A stretch of DNA of 64,000 bases, taken from assembly GCA_002352465.1 (NCBI GenBank), contig DEIN01000008.1, positions 64,564 through 128,563 on the forward strand, given 5' to 3'. The notes below the pieces were generated by a model that did not search any database, was not told where the DNA came from, and saw nothing but the letters and a program-made list of their open reading frames with translations. The position numbers and the translations under genes were made by a program. Of the stretch, positions 13,799 to 24,323 are shown in pieces. This stretch comes from Patescibacteria group bacterium UBA2773 (GTDB taxonomy: Bacteria > Patescibacteriota > Minisyncoccia > Moranbacterales > DUUL01). Position 1 is the first letter of the stretch. The number at the start of each line of letters is the position of its first letter.

Positions 13799-14850
13799 AA
13801 ACCATGTTTATATTTATTGATATTATGTTCTTCTAGCGTTTCAGAAAAAACTGTCTCGCCAGTCTTGAAATCACTTAAGAAAAAATAGTAATCAGATTTT
13901 TCAGGCAAAATTGTGGCTTCGATTGATTTTAGTCCTGGGTTGCTAACTGGTCCTGGAGGTAGACCAGTGTTTTGATAGGTGTTGAAAGGTGAATCTATTT
14001 TCGTGTCTTCGATTGTATATTGTTTTTTGTCTTCACCTAAGATATAAGCCAAAGTAGCACAACTTTGCAAAAAATAATCATCATCTACTCGTTTCCAAAA
14101 AATCCCAGCTACAATCTTTTTATCTTGATCAGAACGAACCTCCTTCTCAACTACGGAAGCCATTGTTAAAATTTCGTGCAAAGTTTTATTTTGATTTTTA
14201 ATGGACTTCATCATTGTTGGAGTTACTTTATCTTCAAAATTATTTAAAAATTTATTAAATAATTTGACGGCATTATCTTCCGGATAAACATAATAAGTAT
14301 CTGGAAAAAGATAACCCTCTAAATCAACTCCGGCTGGAATTTCCTTTAAAAAATCATATTTGTTTCTAATCTCCATACAAGCACATTCGACTCCAGTTTG
14401 ACATCGACAATTAATAATTTCTGCAAAATTTTTGGCTAATGACGGATTAAGTTTTTCTATTTCTTGAATAATTTTAGCATTAGTGAATCCTTCGGGAATT
14501 ATTAATTTCTTATAGGCTTCTTTTATTTCCCCCTCTACTATTTTTTTGGTTATTTCCTGAATGGTCATATTCGGACTTAGCTCATAATTTCCAGCTTGAA
14601 TTTTTTGAGCTAAATCTTCTAAACGTAAATAATAATAGAAATAATATTTGCTTTCAATTAGGTTTGCTTCAACTAAATTAAGACCGATTGTTTTGGCGTC
14701 TTCATTCTTTTTTATTTCAAAAATTTGAGCAACATTAGAATCATTGACCTGACTATCCAAGGCTTTTGAACGAAAAATAAGAAAAGAACTCATTCCAATT
14801 AATATCAAAAAAATAGTTACCAATAATCCCGCTTTTAAAACTCTATTCAT
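13795..14850 (-). CDS. mltG: endolytic murein transglycosylase MltG (YceG-like)
   Basis: N-terminal TM; YceG motif LEGYLFPDTYYV; 351 aa. Confidence 0.8.
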   Translation of the reverse strand: MNRVLKAGLLVTIFLILIGMSSFLIFRSKALDSQVNDSNVAQIFEIKKNEDAKTIGLNLVEANLIESKYYFYYYLRLEDLAQKIQAGNYELSPNMTIQEITKKIVEGEIKEAYKKLIIPEGFTNAKIIQEIEKLNPSLAKNFAEIINCRCQTGVECACMEIRNKYDFLKEIPAGVDLEGYLFPDTYYVYPEDNAVKLFNKFLNNFEDKVTPTMMKSIKNQNKTLHEILTMASVVEKEVRSDQDKKIVAGIFWKRVDDDYFLQSCATLAYILGEDKKQYTIEDTKIDSPFNTYQNTGLPPGPVSNPGLKSIEATILPEKSDYYFFLSDFKTGETVFSETLEEHNINKYKHGL

Positions 14851-14879
14851 ACTAAATTTTATTAAATTATATTTTTAAA

Positions 14880-16214
14880 TTAGGATTCGTCTTCAAGATA
14901 AAAAATTTCTTCTCCCTCCCTTAAGCCTTCTAAGATTTCAACAAAGCCATTATCCCCAGCCAGTCCAGTTTTGATTTCCCTCTTACTCAATTCTGCTCTC
15001 TCTGTTGTTTGAACCATAACTATCTCCTTGCCTTCTTCTTCAAAAATAAATTGTTCTGAAATTTTTAACACATTCTCTTTGGCATTCACTAAAATATCAA
15101 TGTCTGCACTCATTCCTTCTTTAAATTTCAAATTAGAATTTTTTATTTTTAATTTAGCTTTATAATAAATAACATCTTGAATTTTTGTTGAAGCTGGTTC
15201 AATTTCAATTATTTTTGCTATAAATTTTTCACTAAAATCAAAGGCATCAAAAGTAATTTCTGCCACTTGACCTAATTTCAATTCTGAGATATCAGATTCA
15301 GGAATATCTGCTTCTAAAATAAAATCATTAGTTATCATTTCTCCAAAAGATTCTCCCAAGCTAGCACTGCCAATTACCTCTCCTGGTTCATAATTGATTT
15401 TAGAAATTATTCCATTTAGTGGAGTCTTGAGAGAGGAATTTTCTAAAGATTCTAAAGCAATTTGATAGTCGGCTTGAGCTGCAATAACGGCAGAATTACG
15501 ACTAGATTCAGCGTAATCAGATTCTATTGTTTCCAAACTTTCTTCCGCAGTATCCAGCGAATTTTCAGCAGCAATAATATTGAGGTCTCGACTTTTTCGA
15601 GCGGTCGTTAAGGCCTCTTCTGCACTTTCCTTAGAATTAGTAGCGGCGGTAAAAGTCAATAATGCGCTCTTGGCTTCTTTACTGTCAACTCCAGAGTCAG
15701 AAGCGACTTGATTGTAATAGCTTTCAGCATCATCTTCATAATTAACCGCATTGTCATAGGCAACTTCGGCTGCATCTACTAACTGATCATAATAATCCTC
15801 TACGGCTTCCAGATAATCTTCTGCATTATCAACTCCTTCCAGTGCTTCTCTGGCTGAATCACTATTCATTTTTTCACTTAAGATTGCTTTATTTAAAGTA
15901 GCCTTAGCTTTTCTGACTTGCTCACTTAAGACATTGTTATCTAGGATTGCCACCACATCACCCTCAATAACTTCGGCTCCGATTTTGACATTAATAAACT
16001 GCACTCTTCCTGCACTTTCAAAATTCAAGGCAATTGGACTTTCGGAAAGTAAAGAACCTGTGACGGAAATAGTTTTTTTCAAATTGCTTTTTTCGACCAC
16101 TTCTTTTTGCAGATCTTTGACTCCATCGTCTTTTCCAAACCAAATAACTACTCCAATAATTATTACTACGCCAATAGTCCCAAAGGATATCCACTTTTTT
16201 GTTTTCGTCATCAT
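14880..16214 (-). CDS. HlyD-family membrane fusion / periplasmic adaptor protein (coiled-coil rich)
   Basis: N-terminal TM, long alpha-helical coiled coil, beta-barrel/lipoyl-like ends; no cognate transporter adjacent. Confidence 0.6.
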   Translation of the reverse strand: MMTKTKKWISFGTIGVVIIIGVVIWFGKDDGVKDLQKEVVEKSNLKKTISVTGSLLSESPIALNFESAGRVQFINVKIGAEVIEGDVVAILDNNVLSEQVRKAKATLNKAILSEKMNSDSAREALEGVDNAEDYLEAVEDYYDQLVDAAEVAYDNAVNYEDDAESYYNQVASDSGVDSKEAKSALLTFTAATNSKESAEEALTTARKSRDLNIIAAENSLDTAEESLETIESDYAESSRNSAVIAAQADYQIALESLENSSLKTPLNGIISKINYEPGEVIGSASLGESFGEMITNDFILEADIPESDISELKLGQVAEITFDAFDFSEKFIAKIIEIEPASTKIQDVIYYKAKLKIKNSNLKFKEGMSADIDILVNAKENVLKISEQFIFEEEGKEIVMVQTTERAELSKREIKTGLAGDNGFVEILEGLREGEEIFYLEDES

Positions 16215-16237
16215 TATTTTTTAAATATTTTTTTGCC

Positions 16238-17092
16238 TTACTTTTTTCTCAGCTTAAATAATTCCAAAGTATTTCTCAATAAAATCGCCACCGTAATTGG
16301 GCCAACTCCTCCTGGAACTGGCGTGTAGAAACTGTCTTTATTGTCAAAATCCTGAGGATTAAAATCTCCTTTTATTTTTTTACCATCCCGAGAAATTCCT
16401 ATATCAATAATTCCAACTGCTTTTTTAAGCATTGATTTTTCGATAAAATGAGGCTTTCCCATTGCTGAAATTAACAAATCAGCTTCAGAAATTTCTTTCA
16501 ATAGATTAGAATTGCCAGAAACGATTCCTTTTACTTTTGCTCCTTTTTGTTCTAAAATATTTTTTAGATTTTTTCCAAAAATTTCAGAGTTATAAATTAT
16601 TAAAACATTTTTCCCTTCAAGTTGATATTCAACTTCGGCTAAAATTTCCAAAACTGCTCCGTGCACTGGAGCGATTATTTTATCAATTTTTCGCTTTTGA
16701 TTAACTGGATGAAAGCAATCAACATCTTTTTTTGGATCGATTGTTTCGATTATTTTGTCAGTATCAAATTTTTGAGCCAATGGTAATTGTATTAAAATAG
16801 CATCTATTTCATCATCTTGATTTAGCATTTCTATCGTCTTGATAATATTCGACTGTTCGTCTTCATCGCAAAAACGATACAAATGAGTGTCGATGCCAAC
16901 CTTTTTAGCTTCCTCGACTTTTTTGCTAACATAGATTTCTGATTCTTCATTAGAACCTATTAGTATCACTGCCAAATTAGGACGCACTTCTGCATTTTGA
17001 ACCTTATTTCTATTCAAAGTTAAGACATTTTCAACGATTTGATCTTTTATCCTTTCGGCAATAATCTTTCCACTAATAATCTTACATTTCAT
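16238..17092 (-). CDS. folD: bifunctional methylenetetrahydrofolate dehydrogenase/cyclohydrolase
   Basis: FolD motifs NLAVILIGSNEESEIYVSKK and PVPGGVGPITVAILL; 284 aa. Confidence 0.9.
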   Translation of the reverse strand: MKCKIISGKIIAERIKDQIVENVLTLNRNKVQNAEVRPNLAVILIGSNEESEIYVSKKVEEAKKVGIDTHLYRFCDEDEQSNIIKTIEMLNQDDEIDAILIQLPLAQKFDTDKIIETIDPKKDVDCFHPVNQKRKIDKIIAPVHGAVLEILAEVEYQLEGKNVLIIYNSEIFGKNLKNILEQKGAKVKGIVSGNSNLLKEISEADLLISAMGKPHFIEKSMLKKAVGIIDIGISRDGKKIKGDFNPQDFDNKDSFYTPVPGGVGPITVAILLRNTLELFKLRKK

Positions 17093-17285
17093 ATTTCATT
17101 CTTTAAACTAGATATTATCCACAAATCAATCTTCATTTTACGGTATTTTATTTTCGATTTCGATACGAAATAATCCTTAAAATTTTTAATATTCATTTTA
17201 TAAACATTCTAACTTTATAGACTCTTTAATTTTGTAACTTTCTAACTTGTTCAAATCCAGCTGAATAAATTGCACATTTAACGAG

Positions 17286-18530
17286 TCAGGCACTTGGAAT
17301 TGGAAAATCCTTAGAAAATTCTTTAACTTCATTTTTAATCTCTTTTAAAGTCTTCTCATTATTCCTATTTTTAATCGCTTTGTCAATCCATTCTACTATT
17401 TTTTTTATTTCCGCTTCTTTCATTCCTCGCGTTGTCACAGCCGGAGTTCCAAATCGAACACCAGAAGGTTTCATTGGTGGATTAGGATCATTTGGAATAG
17501 TGGAACGGCTAACAGAAATGCCACATTTTTCCAAGGCAATTTCAGCCGTTTTACCATCGATTTCTTTACTAGTCATATCAACTACTAACAAATGATTATC
17601 TGTTCCGTTAGAAATCACTCGGTAGTCTTTGGCTTCAAATTCATCTGCCATTGTTTGGGCATTTTTAATGACTTGTTCTCCATATTCAATAAATTCTGGT
17701 CTCAAAGCTTCTCCAAAAGCTACGGCTTTAGCGGCGTTAATATGATCATGCGGACCACCTTGCATTCCAGGAAAAACTGCTCGGTCAACTTGTTTGGCAA
17801 ATTTTTCTTTGCACATTATCATTGCTCCCCGAGGTCCTCTCAAGGTTTTATGAGTGGTCGTTGAAACTACATCAAAAAAAGGCACTGGATTATTCATTTT
17901 TTTAGCGGCAATCAATCCAGCGGTGTGAGCAATATCAGCAAAAGTATAGGCGCCAATTTCATCAGCAATTTCCTTGAATTTATCCCATTCAATCTCTCGA
18001 GAATAAGCACTGTATCCAGCTACAATCATTTTAGGTTTTTCTTTTAACGCCACTTTTCGTACTTCTTCCATATCAATTTTGCCAGTTTTTGAATCAACTT
18101 CATATTGAACAAAATCATATAACATTCCAGAAAAATTTACCGGATGACCATGAGAAAGGTGGCCACCATGATCCAATTTCAAGCCCATTACTTTATCTCC
18201 TGGTTTCAAAAAAGCAAAATAAACTGCTGCATTAGCCGGTGAACCAGAAAGGGGTTGAACGTTGACGTGTTCGGCGTCGAAAAGCTGCTTAGCTCTTTCA
18301 ATGGCCACATTTTCCGCTTTATCAATCATCTGATTTCCACCATAATAGCGATGTCCCGGATAGCCTTCACTATATTTATTCGTCAAAACAGAACCCATTG
18401 CCTCCAAAACAGATTTGGAAACATAGTTCTCCGAAGCAATCAATTCAATTTCATTGATTTGTCGTTCTTTCTCTTGTTCAATAATATCAAAAATAGCTTG
18501 GTCTTCTTTTTTTAAATTTTCGTAATTCAT
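17286..18530 (-). CDS. glyA: serine hydroxymethyltransferase
   Basis: LIASENYVSKSVLEA, PLP-lysine motif TTTHKTLRGPRG; 414 aa. Confidence 0.95.
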   Translation of the reverse strand: MNYENLKKEDQAIFDIIEQEKERQINEIELIASENYVSKSVLEAMGSVLTNKYSEGYPGHRYYGGNQMIDKAENVAIERAKQLFDAEHVNVQPLSGSPANAAVYFAFLKPGDKVMGLKLDHGGHLSHGHPVNFSGMLYDFVQYEVDSKTGKIDMEEVRKVALKEKPKMIVAGYSAYSREIEWDKFKEIADEIGAYTFADIAHTAGLIAAKKMNNPVPFFDVVSTTTHKTLRGPRGAMIMCKEKFAKQVDRAVFPGMQGGPHDHINAAKAVAFGEALRPEFIEYGEQVIKNAQTMADEFEAKDYRVISNGTDNHLLVVDMTSKEIDGKTAEIALEKCGISVSRSTIPNDPNPPMKPSGVRFGTPAVTTRGMKEAEIKKIVEWIDKAIKNRNNEKTLKEIKNEVKEFSKDFPIPSA

Positions 18531-18788
18531 GTTGATATCTTAATGGTTATTTAAGTTTTTCCCTAACATTCCTGTTTTAAGATAAACAAAATTATGTCAT
18601 GATAGTTTAATTTAATTTTAAATCTTAAATTTTGAATCAATTTTGAATGACTGAATCACTTAATGTATAATTTTAGATCACTAGTCATTGGTAATCAGTA
18701 ATCATTGATTGCTGTTCTTGCTTATTGATGACCATTGACTAATTACAGATGATTTATATTTATTCCAATAATTCAAAATCTGCCTCCT

Positions 18789-19244
18789 CTATTTTTCATA
18801 AGATTTAGCAGACGTTACTTCTGGCTTTTCTATCCCAAAAAAATAATGCCACCACCAGTAATAATTTGGTCGATCAATTTTCACTTCTGGTTTCACATTT
18901 TCTTCAACTTGAACGGTTTTTTCAATTTCATCTTTCTTGACAATCACTACTTTTTCTCCTTTTTTAATTAAATTTAATTTTTGCTTGGCTTTCAATTCTT
19001 TAGACTCATCAGTTTTCAAATAATCCGAAAGTTGTTCTAAATTTTTATTCTTTTTTTCAAAGTCATCAATTTGATTTTGTAAATCAAGGACTTCTTGATT
19101 GATTTCTTTTTGTTTATATTTTGTTTGCAAAAAATGATAACCCGAAAAACCGATTAGCGCTAATAAAATTATGACCAAAGATTTAATCTTAATGGACTGC
19201 AAACCGTTCTCTCTGTTTTTAGAATATTTATTTCTATTAAACAA
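18789..19244 (-). CDS. hypothetical TM + coiled-coil protein (FtsB/DivIC-like architecture)
   Basis: ORF track; one TM then coiled coil; no catalytic motif. Confidence 0.35.
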   Translation of the reverse strand: MFNRNKYSKNRENGLQSIKIKSLVIILLALIGFSGYHFLQTKYKQKEINQEVLDLQNQIDDFEKKNKNLEQLSDYLKTDESKELKAKQKLNLIKKGEKVVIVKKDEIEKTVQVEENVKPEVKIDRPNYYWWWHYFFGIEKPEVTSAKSYEK

Positions 19245-19490
19245 TTTTGTTTTTTAAAAAATTAGGCTATTTTTTTTGAAAATCGCTTCTTATCAAATAT
19301 CTTAAATAGCGCTACATTGATTGGAACAATGGAATAATAGTAAAGCCTACCATTCCAATGATCCCTAAAATTCCTACAAAAATCCAAATAATTTTGATTA
19401 TTTTTTTTCTTCTGTTTATTAGCATTTTTATATAAATATAAATTAATTAACTGGTTAAGTCGGGGATAACAAAAATTTTCATCACCCCCT

Positions 19491-19655
19491 TCTCAATGAT
19501 CTTTCTTTATAAATGTTAGAATTGAAGAAAATAAGGAACTTACTATTATTACAAAAATAAAAATAATCACCAAACCAATTGCTAATTCTTGACAAACCAA
19601 TTCAAGAATTCCAATTATTGCTACCATTCCCAATAAAAAAAATAATAGCATAATC
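19491..19655 (-). CDS. unannotated small hydrophobic peptide (54 aa, 2 TM)
   Basis: ATG...TGA frame read from sequence (MIMLLFFLLGMVAIIGILELV...); below ORF-track length cutoff. Confidence 0.25.
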
Positions 19656-20021
19656 ATCCCTCCTTTATAAACGTTTATTCAAAAAATCGAAAAAGAACTA
19701 AACTTTTTTCTTAAATTAATTATATAATAATATTTTATGAAATCAAATAGAAGTTTTTGTCCGTAATTCGTAATTAGCAACTAGTAATTGGTAATTAGCT
19801 TTTGTTTTTTTGACAACGTTCATTAAACATTCTTTTTTTATTTTCCTCTAAATTTAATTCTCTAAATTTTATTTGCGGATCAATAAGTAATCTTTTGTCA
19901 AAACAAAAGCCACTCTTTCAAGTGGTTTTTGCTTATTATAAAACTTCAAATTTAAATTTAAAATCTTAATAATACGGAGGGCTTTTAGAAATTTCTAAAC
20001 CCTCCTACTGTTTTACTTTTA

Positions 20022-20327
20022 TTAACTCCTCATAACTTTTCTGGTTTTGAAATTAAATTGACTTTTATCCCAGAAAATTAATCTATCATCTTTTTTTTCG
20101 GCCGATAAAACATTCTGGTCTAAAAGATAGACTATATTGTCCATCTTTTTAATGTTTAAAATTTCAAACATTTTTAAATGGAATTGAGCTATATTAATTC
20201 TGTTCTTAATTCCAGCAAACTTTACTGCCGTAAATTTTGTTGAAATATCCTTATTTTTCAAAACTTTGGCGAGGACCAAAGTTCTGATTTTTTCAGAAGT
20301 GAACCAATTAAAAATTTTTATTAACAC
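20022..20327 (-). CDS. hypothetical protein
   Basis: ORF track only. Confidence 0.3.
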   Translation of the reverse strand: MLIKIFNWFTSEKIRTLVLAKVLKNKDISTKFTAVKFAGIKNRINIAQFHLKMFEILNIKKMDNIVYLLDQNVLSAEKKDDRLIFWDKSQFNFKTRKVMRS

Positions 20328-20935
20328 TTTTTCTCCTTCTCCTCCTCAACTTTGCCGGTTATTCAATTGGCTTTAGTTTGGTGCGGATAAATTCACGCAT
20401 TAATCCAAAACTTTGAAGTTGATTTAGAAATTTAAAATTAAAATTTAATTACCATTTAAAGTTTTCTAGATTCCCGCCCGCTTCGCCTAAGTTCCAGCAA
20501 AGCGAGCCTCTGCGAGAATGACAAATAAAGCTAAAACCTTAAAAGGTAATTAAATTAAATTTTTGGGGAAAAATTTCTTTATTCAATTTTCAAAGTTCTT
20601 TTGCTCTTTGCGTTTCCAATTTCTGATTTTAATGTTTAAACATAGCATATTTTGTCACTTTTGTCAATAGAATCGATGGAGTGGTTTTTAATAATGCTTC
20701 GAAAAACTTTGTTTTGAGATTTTATTCATGGTTTCCCGAGGTTCGACCGCTGTCCGTATAGCGGTCGAACTTCGGGAAAGAGGATTTTCATAAATTAAAT
20801 CGCTTAATACTTTATACACAGTACTAACATAATATCAGATATTATATTATTGACTATCTTCAAATACTCTGGTAAACTCTCTTTAGTTGTTGAAACGCAA
20901 TCTTTATTTTATTGAATAATTTTTATTTAAATATA

Positions 20936-21073
20936 ATGCCAAAACGAACCTATCAACCTAAGAAAAAAAAACGAGCTCGAACTCATGGTTTCTTGAAACG
21001 AAGTCAAACTGAAGACGGGAAAAACGTGCTTTTGCGACGAAGACGAAAAGGTCGAGCGAAACTAACAGTTTAG
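20936..21073 (+). CDS. rpmH: 50S ribosomal protein L34
   Basis: Translated by hand: [45 protein letters not shown]; canonical position before rnpA. Confidence 0.9.
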   Translation: MPKRTYQPKKKKRARTHGFLKRSQTEDGKNVLLRRRRKGRAKLTV

Positions 21074-21113
21074 TTGACTTTTGTTGGAAGATATTTAACA
21101 TTGAAAATTAAAA

Positions 21114-21458
21114 ATGTTAGCTAAAAAATACAAATTAAAAAGCAATTCTGAAATAACTCAAGTCTTCAAAAATGGAAAAACTGTAAAAAGCAGTTTTTTA
21201 TTTTTAAGATATTGTGCCACTCAAGCCGAAAAAACCAAGGTGGCTTTTTCGATTGGTTTGAAATATTCAAAGAAAGCCGTTGACCGAAATCAGGCAAAAA
21301 GAGTGCTTCGACAAACTTTCGTCGAATTTACTGATCAAATAAAGCCAGGTTTCGATTTAGTTTTCTATTTTGATAAAAATTTCCACGAAAGAGCTGGACT
21401 AAAAAATACTCAAGAAAATATGAAAGCTTGTCTTTTGTCAGCAAATTTATTAAGATAA
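21114..21458 (+). CDS. rnpA: ribonuclease P protein component
   Basis: 114 aa basic protein immediately after rpmH; KKAVDRNQAKRVLRQ RNR-like motif. Confidence 0.75.
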   Translation: MLAKKYKLKSNSEITQVFKNGKTVKSSFLFLRYCATQAEKTKVAFSIGLKYSKKAVDRNQAKRVLRQTFVEFTDQIKPGFDLVFYFDKNFHERAGLKNTQENMKACLLSANLLR

Positions 21459-21546
21459 TTGAGTTAGTTAGAAAGTTCTTAAAGTTTATAAAGTTTCCGC
21501 CTATGGCGGAAAAAGTTTGTAAAATTAAAAATTAATAAAGAATGAA

Positions 21547-22296
21547 ATGTCAATGATTACCGCTTTTTTTTCTGCCACAATCTATCAACCGTTATTTAAT
21601 ATTTTAATCGGAATCTATAATTTAATTCCTGATTTAGGCGTTAGTATTATACTAGTGACTGTGCTAATCCGAGTTTTGCTTTTACCACTTTCCAAAAAAT
21701 CAATTGAATCGCAAAAACAAATGCAAGAAATTCAGCCTCAAATTAAGGCTATTCAGGCAAAGTTCAAACATGATAAACAAAAACAAGGTGAAGCGATAAT
21801 GAAATTCTATAAAGAAAAAAAAGTCAATCCAGCCAGTGGATGTTTGCCATTGATTATTCAGCTGATTATATTAATTGCACTTTACCGAGTCTTCTTGGCG
21901 GTTATTGATTATGATTCAGCTACGACCCTTCTTTATAGCTTTGTTCATAACCCAATGGAAATTAAAAATATTTCTTTCGGATTTTTAGACGTCACAGCCA
22001 AAGGCAAAATCAATCTTCCGCTAGCCTTGATTACGGCTGGACTTCAATATTGGCAAGGGAAAATGATGATGCAACGAGTTGAAAAAAATAAACCAGTTGA
22101 AGCAAAAGATCCTAAGAAAGAACCTGAATTTGGTGAAATTATGCAGAAACAGATGCTTTATATGGGTCCAGTCTTGACGCTAGTGATTGGATTGAGCTTC
22201 CCCGCTGGTTTGCTTCTTTATTGGTTTGTGACAACCTTGTTTATGGTAATACAACAATATTGGATTTTAAACAAAGAAAAAATCACGGCCAAATAA
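21547..22296 (+). CDS. yidC: membrane protein insertase YidC (short form)
   Basis: YidC core LLPLSKKSIESQKQMQEIQPQIKAIQAKFK...NPASGCLPLIIQLIIL; 249 aa. Confidence 0.85.
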   Translation: MSMITAFFSATIYQPLFNILIGIYNLIPDLGVSIILVTVLIRVLLLPLSKKSIESQKQMQEIQPQIKAIQAKFKHDKQKQGEAIMKFYKEKKVNPASGCLPLIIQLIILIALYRVFLAVIDYDSATTLLYSFVHNPMEIKNISFGFLDVTAKGKINLPLALITAGLQYWQGKMMMQRVEKNKPVEAKDPKKEPEFGEIMQKQMLYMGPVLTLVIGLSFPAGLLLYWFVTTLFMVIQQYWILNKEKITAK

Positions 22297-22385
22297 GTCC
22301 TTTCTCTTGGCAATTTTTAAGAATTAGTTTAAAATAAGACTACTTTCGAAGTAATTAATTAGTCTGATAAAAATAATCAATTAAT

Positions 22386-22868
22386 TTGAATAAAATGATA
22401 ACTGACGAACAAAAAAAAGTTTTAGAAAAAGTGACAAAGGAAATTCTTGAAAAACTTAATGCAAAAGGCAATGTTTTTATTGTCACTAATGCGATGCCAG
22501 AAGATGATGATTCAGTTTGCGTTCAAATTCAAAGCAAAGATTCAGGCTTTCTGATTGGAAAATCGGGCAATAATCTTTTTGCCCTTCAACATTTAATTCG
22601 AATTATTGTTTCTAAAAGATTAGAGGATAAACTTAATTTCATTGTCGATGTTAATAGCTACATCGAAAATCAACGAGAAGATATCATCGATAAAGCAGCT
22701 AATGTCATTGCTGACGTAGAAAAAACTGGCCAAGCCATTGAACTCAATCCAATGAATAGCTATGAACGAAGGTTGGTACACATGAAAGTTGCTCGAAAAA
22801 ATTTAGTTGAAAGCGAAAGTGTTGGCGAAGGCTTGGAACGTCGAGTACTTATCAAACCTGCAGAATAG
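22386..22868 (+). CDS. jag: Jag/KhpB RNA-binding protein (KH + R3H)
   Basis: C-terminal R3H motif NPMNSYERRLVHMKV; canonical position after yidC. Confidence 0.8.
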   Translation: MNKMITDEQKKVLEKVTKEILEKLNAKGNVFIVTNAMPEDDDSVCVQIQSKDSGFLIGKSGNNLFALQHLIRIIVSKRLEDKLNFIVDVNSYIENQREDIIDKAANVIADVEKTGQAIELNPMNSYERRLVHMKVARKNLVESESVGEGLERRVLIKPAE

Positions 22869-22895
22869 AAAAAATTTCAAAAAATAAAAAAAACA

Positions 22896-24323
22896 ATGTC
22901 AGTTTCAAGAAGAATTACTTATAATGTGATATTTTCTTCCGTCACCAAAGTTTTAAGCACTGCTACAGCCTTGGTTGGAATCGGATTAATCACTAGATAT
23001 CTTGGCCAAGACGGATTCGGACTCTATGCCACTGCCTTGGCTTTTCTACCATTATTTGGAGCATTAGGAGATTGGGGTTTGCCTCAAACGACTGCAATGA
23101 AAATTGCTAAACCTGATGCCAACGAGAAAAAAATCGTAGCCAACGTGGTTGGTCTGCGACTTTTTATTTCCATCGCAATTTTAATTATCACCCCTTTTGT
23201 TGTTCCTTTTCTTCCCTATCCATATGAACTAAAAATCGCCATAGTGATTGTGGCTGCCTCCCATACTCTTTCTTCTCTTTATCAAATATTAATTGGAATG
23301 TTTCAAAAAAGACTGATTATGGATCGAGTGACAGGTGCAGAACTGGTCGGAAAAATAATTCAAGTTGGATTAATTTTCTTAGGCGTTTATTTCAAATGGA
23401 ATTTCTATTTAATTGTCGGAACTCTTTTTGTCAATATGTTATTGAATTTCATCTTTGTTCTGTTGCTTTCTCGAAAATTCATCAAATTCAAACCAGCTTT
23501 TGATTTCAATTATTGGAAAATTATTTTAAGACAATCAATTCCCTTAGGGATGGCAACTGCGTTAACCTTTGTTTATTTTAGATCTAATACAATTTTGCTT
23601 TCAGTCTTACGACCACCAGAAGACGTTGGAATATTCAGCGCCGCTCAAAAAGTCATTGAAAATATTAGTTTTTTTCCAGCAATGATTGTTGGCTTAACAA
23701 TGCCGTTATTTTCCTATTATCTAGCTAAAGACAAGGTTAAATTTAAATTTCTAGTCAATGAAAACTACAAAATATTTTTCATTCTGACCATTCCATTGGT
23801 GATTGGAGGATTATTGCTTTCCGATAAAATGATTGCTTTGATTGCTGGTCCTGATTTTTTTGAATCAATCTTAGTGCTTCAAATCGGATTGTTTACTTTG
23901 GCTTTGATTTTTTTCGGCACTCTTTTTATGAATATCATGATTGCGGCTGGACTTCAAAAATCAATTTTTTGGGCACTTTTGGTTTGTGCTATTTTTAGTG
24001 TTTTAAGTAATCTTTATTTTATTCCTCAGTTTCCCGATAATGCCTATCTAGTCCCGGCTATTGTTTCGGTTATTACTGAAGTTCTAGTCGTTCTTTTGAC
24101 TGGATATTTTATTTGGAAAAAACTGCATTTTTTTCCTCGAGTAGAAAAACTTCCTCAAATATTATCAGCTGGATTTTTAATGGGAGCTGTGATTTATTTC
24201 TTTCAAGAATTAAACTTCTTTATTTTAATTTTAATTGGAATGGTTATTTATACTTCTGGCTTGTTGGTTTTTAAAATAATTTCTCGAAAAGAAATTATGG
24301 AATTACTTAGAAAACCAGCTTAA
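22896..24323 (+). CDS. polysaccharide/oligosaccharide flippase (MOP superfamily, Wzx-like)
   Basis: 12-14 TM, N-terminal VIFSSVTKVLSTATALVGIGLITRYLGQDGFGLY typical of Wzx/polysaccharide biosynthesis proteins. Confidence 0.75.
   Translation: MSVSRRITYNVIFSSVTKVLSTATALVGIGLITRYLGQDGFGLYATALAFLPLFGALGDWGLPQTTAMKIAKPDANEKKIVANVVGLRLFISIAILIITPFVVPFLPYPYELKIAIVIVAASHTLSSLYQILIGMFQKRLIMDRVTGAELVGKIIQVGLIFLGVYFKWNFYLIVGTLFVNMLLNFIFVLLLSRKFIKFKPAFDFNYWKIILRQSIPLGMATALTFVYFRSNTILLSVLRPPEDVGIFSAAQKVIENISFFPAMIVGLTMPLFSYYLAKDKVKFKFLVNENYKIFFILTIPLVIGGLLLSDKMIALIAGPDFFESILVLQIGLFTLALIFFGTLFMNIMIAAGLQKSIFWALLVCAIFSVLSNLYFIPQFPDNAYLVPAIVSVITEVLVVLLTGYFIWKKLHFFPRVEKLPQILSAGFLMGAVIYFFQELNFFILILIGMVIYTSGLLVFKIISRKEIMELLRKPA

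Noticed and set aside
17109-17117. Perfect DnaA box TTATCCACA between folD and glyA as an origin marker
   Set aside because: Single isolated box with no cluster or AT-rich DUE nearby. Insufficient to call oriC.
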